A stretch of DNA of 64,000 nucleotides from Lingula anatina (GCA_051362555.1 CM120645.1:22258001-22322000), one strand, 5' to 3'. Counted from the first letter of the stretch, positions 12,369 to 28,345 are shown. Made by a program: numbers and translations. Notes: generated by a model from the sequence alone, not told the origin.

Positions 12369-12927
12369 GCCCTATTTCACACAGACCACGAATCCCACGA
12401 ATCGCTAGGAATTGACATATTTCAGGATTCGTGAGGATTCGTAAGATTTTGCAAGTTTGCTGTTCTAATTCGATACGCCCTACGATTCAGTTACGATACA
12501 GGTGCAATGCTGTTACGAATATTCGTGGGATTCGGCTGGAATCGCACGAATATTGCCAAGAACTCACTACGATTTACGAGAATCTATTACGAATACTGCA
12601 CGACCGTTACGAATCAATAAGGAATCAGTTAAGCATACGCCGAATGCATGCACGAATTGGGTACGAATAAAAGTTATTTCTGGACTATTCTTGAGATTTT
12701 GTGGTATTTCCGCTTCGGCGAATATTCGTGGGATTCGTGACTGCTTCGTAGCCGATTCGTGGTCAATCCAGGGATTCACGAATCCCCGAATGAGTTAAGA
12801 ATACATACGAATGCCTACCAATCGATTACGATTCAGTTACGATGCCTTAGAATGAAATACGAATTTGCTACGAATTAACTACGATTTTTTGGAATCGGGA
12901 GTTCGTGGCCAAAATTTTGAACAGCTG
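12369..12927. mobile_element. Truncated foldback-type non-autonomous DNA transposon
   Basis: Begins GCCTATTTCACACAG, is dense in CACGAAT/ATTCGTG/TACGAAT motifs in both orientations, and ends at AAAATTTTGAACA, which resembles half of a palindromic centre. It is absent from the homologous flank of GST4. Confidence 0.55.
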
Positions 12928-13180
12928 AGCATGCGCGGCCTAGTTCTATATCACGTAAACCCTATGTTCCTGAAGACTCGGCAGAATCCCAGTCAAACTT
13001 CAACTTACAGGTAAGTCTCGTTTAACTGTAGCATTAATATAGATGATAAAATGATAAAATGCTTATAAGCATTTAAATAGAATAAATGCTTACAAGCAGA
13101 AAGAAAAATAAAAAAAAACGCTACTATTTTCAAACAATGGATTGCATGGAATGCAGTCTTAATTTTCACGATAACACAAT

Positions 13181-14026
13181 TGTCACGGGTGTTTTATCCA
13201 CCACAGATGTCACGGGTGTTTTAATAGTGGATTTTCTCTTCCCTTTTATTTACGACGCGTTACCGTCCTTCGGGATCCGTGACACGGGGGTATATTAGGT
13301 AGGAAAAGAACAACAAAGTCCTGATCTTTCTCAATCCGGGTAAGCGGGTTTTATTGGATTACAGATGAGAGGTACAACTGAGTACGCCTTCTAAATTACT
13401 CCTTCGTTTCCTATTGATCAGATCTGCTCCGATAGTATAGGTCCTCCCTGTGCGACAACGGCGCTTCTAAGAGATTAATTTAACAAATAGAGTCTAAGTG
13501 CCTAGGTGTCTAAGTGTCCAAGTGTAAGCGCAAGTATAAGTGAGCAAGTGTGTAAGTAAGTAAGTATGTAAGTATGTGTCCAACCTAAAGTGCGGGCTTC
13601 GCTTTTATCTTCCTATAATGCAGATCAAGTTCCCCTTTTACACGTCACATTTTGTTATGTATTCTATGGTCACATTTTCCTTTAAAGGGTGGCACACTGT
13701 ACTATCCGAGCAGATCACTTCTATTTATTCTCCGATCTCCCTTATGTTTTGATACATTCTTTTAGCGTACTTTCCTCTTTCTATATTCTTAATTCAGAAC
13801 TAATTAAGTAACAATCACTACATGAAACTAGAATGGAATTTCTTTGGTATCCTTCACCGGTTACTAATTACATTCCATAGATACACCAGTCTGTATCTCG
13901 TTTGAACTATTTTTATACCACCTAAATCAATATGATTGCAGATAAAAAACTCATGCTTGGAGTATATATTGCTTTTCTTTAAACTAATTCTTTAAATCAT
14001 TACGCATAAATAAAACCATTATGACA
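13181..14026 (-). mobile_element. Solo LTR (Gypsy-like; a Ginger-type element is the alternative) in the GST3 upstream region
   Basis: Ends are TGTCA...TGACA with a perfect 4-bp TSD CAAT (13177-13180 and 14027-14030). It interrupts sequence that is contiguous upstream of GST2 (GATAACACAATAATGCCACG, ~7344-7363). A minus-strand AATAAA lies near 13350. Confidence 0.8.
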
Positions 14027-14468
14027 CAATAATGCCACGAATTATTGACTTAAAACAATCGGTCCCCGTGGTGTGATTTTATATAATAGGCACATATTGT
14101 ATATTAATTGTCCTGTTAGAAGGTCACCAACCCTTAAGTTGTGAATTTCTCAATGCATTTGGAAACAGTTAATCAACAAGAGTCCTAGCGGAGTTGGACT
14201 GATCTTCGTAGAACGACATCTTCATTGGGAACGATCCCTTAGAGTAAAGCACGCGCTGAAAATGTCAGAAAGCTCTTATGTTCATTAATAGGCGTTTTAA
14301 AAGTCTACACTGAAATCTGGTGTGAGATAATATTTGTATAGTCTACTAAAGGCGATCGTCAGCGTCCAAAGTCTCCGTAGGCTAACCTACAGCCGTTATA
14401 TGCAGGCAGGAGGTTATAGGGGCGTGCCTATGTGATAGGAACACACTGCAGACAGGCAGCAAACAGAC

Positions 14469-17400
14469 ATGGCGCCCGTGTTGGGATACTGGAATATTAG
14501 AGGGGTAAGGCAGCCATTAACTGTTTTCTTTTTATTTTTGTTTAATAAGAAAATCTCCATAGATAAATAATGTCTCAATTTTTGCAAGGATAGGCGTATA
14601 GGGACAAACACGGCGAGAAGGTCATGATACGAAATGTTGTATTCATTTTGCATGCATATTGAGGTACACTGTAGATGCACCAGTGATCACTTGGTTACTT
14701 CATAGGTCATTGCTCTCGCCTTAATTAATGTAAAGGACGGTCTCCTCTGATTCAGTTTAAATCGGTGTTTCATCCAAAGTAATGTCGCGGCTGAATTATT
14801 CAAAGAAAAAAGTGACATTGTTTTAGGACGATAGTGTCTTTACTTCAGTGGACTACTAGTACAGATTCGGATTCTTAATTGATGCACACCACACAGAGGG
14901 AGGGAGCAGTGACAGCAAAACTATAACAAAACAACACGCTACTATAAAAACCTTTTTGGCTAACAGTCGTTCTCTAATTAAGCTAGCGCAATAGCTTAAC
15001 ATTTTGCAAGTTCAGCTAGGACTCACTTGGCCTTCACTTGGCCGTAAATACAACGTTGACATTGTCAGATAAGCAAAGCTGGTGTACTTGGTGTCCTAGA
15101 GAAAGAGCTCCCTGTGCTTATCGTCATCAAATATTGACAAACCTGATCTGAATTGTCAACTTTGAGAGCGCAGTCACTACAAGATGATCCGAGGAACAAA
15201 TATGACTGAGTCACTTAAAAGCAATACCGACTAATTCCCTGAAGTCCGGCCTCTTCGCCTCCGCACACGCCTCCAAGCGTCTTTGGGGGCCATCTCGTCT
15301 GTTGAACCTTTGAGATGACCCGTTCAAGTCAGAGTGTTATGTTTTTTCTTTATCCTTTTAGCTTTGCCAACCCATCAGGTTGCTGTTGAATTATGTAGGG
15401 CAGGAGTATGAAGAGAAATACTATGTACTTGGTCCAGGTATCAAACACATGTGATTTCTGTATCTCTGTATCTCTCTCTCTCTCTCTCTCTCTCTCTCCG
15501 ATCTCCTATGACAGAAAGTTTTGTTTCTATTAATGAAAGATGAATGTGTTTTCTGAAGAAAGGGCTTCCGGTACCTTTTCCCGTCATAGTGCCATTATAC
15601 AGCGTAATATTTCAAGAGCGACGTGTCACTGTTCCATACAATTATTTCAGCTCCTGACTACAACATGGAGGAGTGGATGGGGGTTAAATTCAACCTGGGA
15701 TTGCCGTTTCCAAACGTACGTAATTGCGTTAGTTGTGATAGAGAAGAAGAGAAAATATGAAAACTTTCTTGTGTCGATCAGCAGCAAGAACTTTTTTTTC
15801 ATCTTTAACAGTATAATTTCTGCCTCATCAGTCCCTATGTTATATACGACTATGTTAGCTCATGCCCGAAGTAGCGTGATGGAATGCTTTAACATTTGTC
15901 CCTAAACACGAATATATTTCATATATACTAGGATAAAATTGAATCATATTTATTCTGTACTGTGGTTATTTTGAATAAAATGTGACACAATTATTTAGTA
16001 AATGTTTGTTTTACAACTCCTTGCCTTCGTTTTCAGGTCCCCTACTGGATAGATGGCGACACTAAGCTGGTGCAAAGCCATGCTATCCTCAAATATCTGG
16101 CCAGGAAGCATAACCTCTGTACGTCAGTTTTACTACATCCACAACAATTATTTGTATACTTTTAAACAATCTATTTGATACCTTACAGTGTACAGTAATA
16201 ACAGCTACTTTAATTGGGCGATAGATGTTGACATTTATTTACCTCTGTACGTCCCTTTAGCAAAATATCAGCCTTGTTGTAAATTGCAGCTTGCGACAAT
16301 ATTGCGGCAAACTACAATTCCTTCTTGCAAATTTGTAGCAATTTTTGCTGCAACATGACTGTAAATTTTCTCACTAACTCTTGCAAACTCGTTGCCCCAA
16401 ATTTTCCTTTTTGCCAAGGGTCATTTTCTATAAATCCACAACAGCTACAGATACCTTTTGTTGATCAGTACCATTGATTGTTGTAGGCTTTCTTATGTAC
16501 CTTCCAAATTATTTTATCTGCTTTTTGGCCGTAACACAACCCGACTTTAGTTTTACTGGGTTTCAGATGTAAAAAGCATTGAATTCTCTCCTTTTAAGTT
16601 AAGTATATTAACGGCAGTTTTACCGCAACTTTAAATCAGAAAGCATCAAAATGTCCAACTAAGTTTGATTTGCCCAAGCCGCAAGATTGGACTCATAAAG
16701 GTAAAAAAAATCAACACCTATCACCCAATTCAAGTGTAGTCGTTATTGTTGTACATTGTAATGTATCAAATAGAGTGTTTAAAAGTATAAATAAAATTAT
16801 GGTATTTAAGGTCCTATATCGGAGCAAGAAATAATAAGATGCGACATGCTGGAACACCAACTTCAGGATTTATTCATGGAACACGCCCTCGTTTGCTACA
16901 GTACCTTTATAAAAATGGGCGGTTATGTAAGTATTTCTATGCTTGCCTTGTTTTTTTTTCATCATCTATTGGTGATATTTTTTAATATGGGGTAGCTAGT
17001 GAGGCACGTTCGATATTTTTTAATATGGGGTAGCTAGTGAGGCACGTTCGATATTTTTTAATATGGGGTAGCTAGTGAGGCACGTTCGATATTTTTTAAT
17101 ATGGGGTAGCTAGTGAGGCACGTTCGATAGTTTTTTTTTTTCGTATTTGCAAAGCGTTTAAAACATTTAAACATTCGCTTAAATGTTTGAATCACCAAAA
17201 TAAAAGCAAGTTTTCATCGAATCTGCTTTCAAGTTGATGTCGATTATTGTCTGAAGATCATACAAAACTGATTGCCTGTTTGACGATACTTTGACTTGGA
17301 CTGGATTCCCATACTTAGATCGATCCATCTGGATCGACCTAACTCTCTGGGGGTTCACGCTAAGTTGCTATCAGTTCTAGAGGCATAAATGTCTGTCACG

Positions 17401-17906
17401 CCTACCGAATCAGCTGGGGTGTAATGTTAGTTACCCCCTAACAGTTTTACTCAGCGTGACAGATGTTTAAGCTGGTTAGTTTGATAGCAATTTAGTGAGA
17501 CTCCCAAGGGAGATAGATCGATCCAAAAATATGTGGGAATGGTCCCTTAAACACAAATGAACGATGATACACATCAGTAACACGCGGTGTTTTGTCCTAG
17601 GAAACAAAAAAAGTGGAATATTTAGAGAAACTGCCGGACAAGGTGAAGCAATACTCGGAGTTCTTGGCAGATCGTCCTTGGTTTGCTGGCGACAAGGTGA
17701 GGGTGTACTGTGAGGGACGGGAAGGCAGCAATAGCTTCTTATAATTTTGATTGGTCAGCATTTAGATCTATAATATTTTTGTATTTATTTATTTATTTAT
17801 TTATTTATTTATTGTTATTCCGTTGGCAATACGTTGTCTGTTTTGTCCATGTAGATGGGAAGGAAAATGGAAGATGTAGTTTAGCTTTCTGGTACGGTAC
17901 CCATTC

Positions 17907-17945
<39 letters not shown>

Positions 17946-18738
17946 GAATTTTATCATACAGTGTACTTTACTTGTTCTGCTCCTAACAATGCTCTACGTT
18001 TCCTTCAGATTACCTTCGTAGACTTCATGGCGTACGAGTATCTTGACATACAGCGCATGTTTGCCCCTGGCTGTCTGGACGCCTTCAAGAACCTGACAGA
18101 CTACATGGCAAGGTTTGAGGTGAGGCGTTTTGAAACAATGGACCAGTTTGCTTGATCTCTGATAATTGTTTGATAAAATACATTTGTAAGACCCTCAGGG
18201 GCTTATTCCCAATTAAACATTCGTTGGGCAGATCGATCCAACCCGGCATGGACTCTCGCTGAATACAACCAGATTAACTGACTGACGAGCCCCCTCGAGC
18301 AGCCCGGGCTCCTTAAGTTCCAGAAGCCGAGCGCCCACGAAAATTTTAACATTAAATATTAAAATATTAGATATTAAAATAACTCATTTGCTGTTTGAGG
18401 AGGTGTGTCATTCAGTCAATCTGATTGCGTTCAGCCATAGTCCCCGCGGAGTTGAGTCGATCTCAATAGGATGATATTTTCAAATGGGAACTCGTCACTC
18501 GGTATGATTAACTGTATGTGATTTGAATAAGCATAATATGTAAATATTCATCAATATAAAATCTAACATCGTCATTTGATAAGCATCCTTGTTTATACGC
18601 TTTTCTGAAACTGGGGTTATCAATAAATGTAAATGAATTCTCTTTCAGGCCCTGCCTTCCATTCAGAAGTACATGCAATCTGACAAGTTTTTAAAGAAGC
18701 CGATTTACAACAAATTTGCAGACTGGCGCGGTGACTAA
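14469..18738 (+). CDS. GSTM: Glutathione S-transferase, mu class, paralogue 3 (223 aa)
   Basis: Exons 14469-14504, 15362-15437, 15651-15715, 16037-16118, 16811-16926, 17601-17696, 18009-18119, 18649-18738. Intact frame, [12 protein letters not shown]...[18 protein letters not shown] at 18892. Confidence 0.95.
16253..16420. mobile_element. Small MITE (CCC-terminal, CMC/EnSpm-like) in GST3 intron 4
   Basis: Imperfect TIRs CCCTTTAGCAAAA...TTTTGCCAAGGG, with internal TTGC/GCAA repeats. Absent from GST2 and GST4. Confidence 0.6.
16974..17129. repeat. Perfect 4 x 38-bp minisatellite in GST3 intron 5
   Basis: Unit GATATTTTTTAATATGGGGTAGCTAGTGAGGCACGTTC starts at 16974, 17012, 17050 and 17088. A single diverged copy is present in GST4 intron 5. 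Confidence 0.95.
17303..17546. mobile_element. Palindromic MITE in GST3 intron 5
   Basis: ATTCCCA..GATCGA..TTGCTATCA..TCTGTCACGC is mirrored by GCGTGACAGA..TGATAGCAA..TCGATC..TGGGAAT. Absent at the homologous site of GST2 and GST4. Confidence 0.7.
18198..18497. mobile_element. Copy of the intron-7 MITE in GST3
   Basis: Aligns by eye with 11111-11380 and has both arms. Confidence 0.65.
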
Positions 18739-19550
18739 TCACAACGTATCCGACGTCGATGTTATACAGATTCCACAGAAGACTTTATAGATAGTGGAAA
18801 CTCGTTATATTGGAGTCACAATGCAGCAGGGTACCATGCTTTACCATTTAATACACTGAATCATGACCAATGGTTTCAACGTTGTTATTTTAATAAAAAA
18901 AAAAGGCCCTGTAGGTAAAAGCCTTAGTTCAACCAGTCTCAGCATGTTCAAATTACGTCACAGGGTCAATTTTAGACGGCGACCCCTGTTGGAGACGAAC
19001 AAATGCCTTATTTATACCCTTGCGTCCCAGATTCAAATTGGATTTTGTGATGTGAAAGCTGACTCCGTAAATGCATGTACATTTTGACAAACATAGAATT
19101 GTACTTCTTTCTTTATCAAGGCTGACAAAATTCACGAAGCGCCAAAACTCCCAATCCCATTCGACAGAGCCAGCTTATTGAAAAATAAAGCTTTTAGATA
19201 AAACTCACTAAAGAAAGTGCAGCCAAGGCTCGGACGCTTAGGTGAAGTCTAGTTGGACAGTTCATCGTGTTTAAACTGAGAAATAAAACATTTAATTGCT
19301 CGATAGCTGTTTTCTTGCCTACAGTTGACGCATTTCTGTGCTTCAGCCACCTTTTTAGTTTGACACAAAGAAGTGCACGCTTCAAACAGCCATGGAAACA
19401 GCAGAGGACTACCATGACCCCTGTGGCGGCGGTTCCTGTCACGCGCACTTCTTATTTCCGCAAAAGATAAAAGGTCAATACCGTGTTTTTGAGGGGCAAA
19501 ATTTTGGTCACACTTGATAAGAAAGCGCTGCCGACAGGTAACAGAAAGTC

Positions 19551-22500
19551 ATGTCACCCGTGTTGGGATACTGGAATATTAGAGGGGTAAGGCAGCAATT
19601 ACCTATTTTATTTTTGTTCAAGAAAATCCCCAGAGGTAATTCTTGCCTCGATTTTTGCAAGGGTAGGCGTACAGGAGGTATGGGGATAAAAACGGCGAAG
19701 AGTCAAGATAAACTATGTATTTATTTTGCATGCATTTTTAGGTAAATGTACCAGTGATCAATTGGTTACTTCATAGGTCATTGCTCTCGCCTTTAATATA
19801 CTGTAAAGGATGGCCTGCTATAACGCAGGTTAAATCAGTGTTTCATTCAAAAACATGTCGCAGTTGAATTATTCAAAGAAAAAAGTAAAAATGTTCGGGA
19901 CGATAGTTACTTTATGTCAATGGACTACTGGCGCAGGTTCAGATTCTTTATTGATACACACCTTTACCCAAAAGTTACAATCAATGACTGCACACCTAAT
20001 CACAACAAAACAACACTCTACTATTATAGCAGTATTCAAGTTGACCACAACTGTTCTCTTGTTAAGCTTGCGCAAGAGCTTGGCATTTTTGCAAAGTCAC
20101 CGATGACTTGAACTTCAATTTACCGATAGCGTTGGCATTGACGTTGACATTTTCAGATAAGCAGGGCAGGCGTACGTGACGTCCTAGAAAGCGAGTCTTT
20201 CCTGCTCTTATCTCCATGAAATATTTTCAAACTTGATCTGAAATGTCAGCTTTAAGAGCGCACCCAGAACAAGAAGGTCTGAGGACTAACAGGTCTGCAG
20301 AGCAAACATGGCGTACCCAGATTTCATGATATAGTGTTATTCTTTTTATCTTTTTAGCTTTGCCAACCCATCAGATTGCTGTTGAACTATGTAGAACAGG
20401 AGTATGAAGAGAAGGTATACGTACTTGGTCCAGGTAACAAATGCATGTGATCTCTCTCTCTCTCTTACAAACACACACACATACACACACGCAGAAATTA
20501 AGCGATCTCTTTTGGCGGAAAACTGTGATTCTATTAATGATGAACAATGTGTTTTCTGCAAAAAAAAAAAAAAAGATTTTTCAGTGCCCTTTCCCGTAAT
20601 AGTGCCATTATACACTGTAATATTTTAACAGCGATATGTTACTATTCCGTACAACTATTTCAGGTCCTGACTTCAACGATGAGGACTGGACGGGGGTCAA
20701 ATTCAAACTTGGATTGTCATTTCCAAACGTACGTAATTGTGTTAGTTGTGATAGAAAAGAAGAGAAAAATGTGATAAGTATTTTGTGTCACTCAAGGACT
20801 ATTTTTTTTCCTTTTACAGTGTTATTTTTCCTCATCGTTTCCTATGTTATGTATGATTACGTTAGCTAACGACCTAAATAGCGTTATGAAATTCTTTAAC
20901 AATTGTCTCTCATCAGGAATATACACATTTATTCATATATACTAGGATAAAATTGCATCGTGGAATACATGCTGTTGTATGATTATCGCTTTGAACAGAA
21001 AGTGACAAAGTTAGTTAGTAAATGTTTGCTTCTCTTTCAGATCCCCTACTGGATAGATGGCGACACTAAGCTGGTGCAAAGCCATGCTATCCTCAAATAT
21101 CTGGCCAGGAAGCACAACCTCTGTACGTCAGTTTAACTACATCCACAACAGCTTTGTTAGATCTGAGACTTATCTAGCTACTTTATGTACCCTCCACTTT
21201 ATTTTAACTGCTATTGAGCCGTAGGGCCTAACACATCCCGATTGTAGTTTTACTGCGTTCCACATGTTCTTCTAAGTTAAAAGTAAATTTAAGACGTCAG
21301 TTTTACCGCAACTTGAGTCAGGAAGCATCAAACTGTCAAACTTAGTTTGATGGACCTCAGCCGCAAGATTGGACTTATTTCGGTAAATAAATTTCAACAT
21401 CTACCGCCCAATTAAAGTAGCTGTTATTGTTGTACACTGTAAGGTATCAAATAGAGTGATTTAAAGAATACAAAATATAATGGTATTTTAGGTCCTACGT
21501 CAGAGCCAGACATGACAAGATGCGACATTCTGGAATACCAACTCCTGGATTTTTTCACGGACCACGCCCTCGTTTGCTACAGTAGATTTAAGAAAATTGA
21601 CCATCATGTTAGTATTTTTCATGCTTGCCCTTCTTTTTCTTTTCATGTTTTGGTAATATTTTTGAGTAATGGGTGGTTAATGAGACACGTGATAGGCTTT
21701 TTTCGTAATTGCAAACCATTTAAACACTTAAACAGCCGCTTCAATGCCTAACGTTTAAACCGCCAAAACAAAAGCAACCTTTCGCCGAATTTGCTTTCAA
21801 GTTGATGTCGATACATTGTCTGCAGATCCCACAAAATTGATTAAGAGTTTGATTATACTTTAACTTACACACAACTGAATGATGATACAAAATGGTAACA
21901 CGCAGTGTTTTGTCCTAGGAAACAAGAAAAGCCGAATTTTTAGAGAAACTGCCGGACAAGCTGAAGCAGTACTCGGAGTTCTTGGCAGACCGCCCTTGGT
22001 TTGCAGGCGACAAGGTGAGGGTGTGCTGTGTGTGGAAGGCGGGACGGCGGAGGCAGCAATAATTTCTGCTGATTGTGATTGGTTAACATTTAGACCCATC
22101 ATATTTCTGTGTATATATATATATATATATATATTCAGTTGACCAGGTTGTTTGTTTTGTCAATGTAGATGGCAGGGAAAATGGAAGATGTAGTTTAGCC
22201 TTCTTGTACGGTACCCAATCTCTCTCTCTCTCTCTCTCTCTCTCTTAACTTTACTTGTACGGCACTTACAATTAACACTGCTCTGTGTTTCCCTCAGATA
22301 TATTTCGTGGACTTTCTGGCCTACGATACTCTGGACATACAGCGCGTATTTGCCCCTGGCTGTCTGGACGCCTTCAAGAACCTAACAGACTACATGGCAA
22401 GGTTTGAGGTGAGGCGTTTTGAAACAATGGACCAGTTTGCTTGATCTCTGATAATTGTTTGATAAAAAAACACATGTATGACCCTCCAAGGGCGCATTCC

Positions 22501-22836
22501 CAATACAACAATGGTCTGACGGGTCGATCCAACTCTGCAGGGACCCTTGCTATATGCAACCAGATGAACTGAATGACAAGCCGCCTTAAGCAACCCTGAA
22601 GCCGAGCGCACACGAAAGTTAAATATTTGTTGATTTTTTTTTTTTCGTCAGTATAAAATCTAACGTCGTCATTTGGGTAAGCATCTTTGTTTATACATTT
22701 TTCAGAAACTGCTGTTGTCAAAACATGTGATTTGTTTCTCTTTCAGGCCCTTCCTTCAATTCAGAAGTACATGCAATCTGACAAGTTTTTGAAGAAACCG
22801 ATTTTCAACAAAGTGGCGGACTGGCGCGGTGACTAA
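19551..22836 (+). CDS. GSTM: Glutathione S-transferase, mu class, paralogue 4 (223 aa)
   Basis: Exons 19551-19586, 20358-20433, 20664-20728, 21041-21122, 21492-21607, 21919-22014, 22298-22408, 22747-22836. Intact frame, [12 protein letters not shown]...[12 protein letters not shown]. Confidence 0.93.
22490..22630. mobile_element. Left-arm remnant of the intron-7 MITE in GST4
   Basis: GGGCGCATTCCCAAT..GTCGATCCAACTC..GAATGACAAGCC is present and the right arm is deleted. Confidence 0.6.
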
Positions 22837-23627
22837 TCACAAATTTTCGACGTCGACTTTTCACAGATTCCACATAAAACTTAACGGAACCTTGCTTAAT
22901 GGGAGTTACAAAGTGGCATAGCACTTGCTTTCTCCATTTACTACACTGAATCATAACCAATGCTTTCGACGTTGTTACTTTTGAATACAAATGCACTGTA
23001 CATGTAGGTGAGAGCCTCAGTTCAACCGGTCTCATCATGTCCAAGTTACGTCACAGGGTCTAATTCGGACGGCGACCCCTGTTGGAGACAAACAAATGCT
23101 TTAGACCCCTCCCCTCGCACCCTTGCGTTCCAAATTCAAATTGTATATTTTTATATGAAAATCGACTGTGTATTATGCATGAACATTTTAACAAATATAA
23201 AATTGCACTTTTTTACTTCATCAAGACTGTCAAATTTGATGACGCGTTTGCTGACAGAGCCAGCTCAGTGAAAATAAAGCTTTTAGATTAAACTGCACTT
23301 GTCGCCATTATTATACTGATGTCGACGTGATGTCTTTGCTTTATACGTTCTTTCAATTGACATTTTGTGACAAACAAAGGTCTGCATTATACGTACATTT
23401 TATAACATATTTTATTTTATCATATTTACAAATTTCTGGTCATCTGACTGTTTCTAGATATGGTATGCAGCAGTAGTGTATTCAGATTCACTGTATTTTA
23501 CAGGTGCTAGTACATGTAAATGTTACAGTCATTTTATACATTATGTCCAGACTTGTAACTTGCATACTTCATGCAATGTCCAAGACACCTTCCGTATGGG
23601 GGTTTCGCACCATTTACCTAAACCTGT

Positions 23628-27757
<4,130 letters not shown>

Positions 27758-28250
27758 CTGGAAGGTAATTATGATAACACAACATTTATACAATGATTAT
27801 TAGACAAAATAAATCATACAGGGATATCAATATTGATTGATTTTTTTTTTCTTTTGATAGTTATAGTTTTGAAGGAGGGGTAAGGGGGGTACAAAGGAGG
27901 TCTTAAGTTAAGGGGGATCCCGTCGTACCATATGATGGTACAAACAATATGTAAACGCACTTACCTTGCTGGAAATCATTCCCTCTAAACACTAGAAACA
28001 GGACAACGTTTAACAAGCTCTTATTAATTATAACAGTGCTGGTAAAATTAGTAAAAGATATGATTTCGTTTATCTCATTAGCATTGATGATATTTCCGTC
28101 TCTGATAACTATTATAGCGATTAAACATGGCACACGTGGTCATGATGCCCTTGATATTCAGGCTATCTGATTAATATGTTTACATTGTTCACTCATTGCA
28201 TCGTGTTTTGTTTTGAATGAAGTGCGAGATATTGCAGTAGATGTGCTCAC

Positions 28251-28345
28251 CGCATTCCTGTGTCTCAACCTCGTCGCAATCGTCTCCGCCACACTCCCAT
28301 TGTTCATGGTCCGAGAATAAACACAATTCCCTGCTTATATTTATA
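28251..28345 (-). promoter_or_regulatory. Putative core promoter and non-coding first exon of cathepsin copy 2
   Basis: Minus-strand TATAAATA at 28345-28338 and donor GCG|GTGAG at 28251/28250. A possible extra 27-nt non-coding exon lies at 27991-27965 (TTCTAG|...AAG|GTAAGT). Confidence 0.55.

Noticed and set aside
12431-12798. Overlapping ORFs on both strands (70-98 aa)
   Set aside because: They fall within the quasi-palindromic non-autonomous element and show no transposase or other recognisable motif.
16974-17129. CRISPR-like regular repeat
   Set aside because: The units are head-to-tail with no spacers and lie in a eukaryotic intron, so this is a minisatellite.
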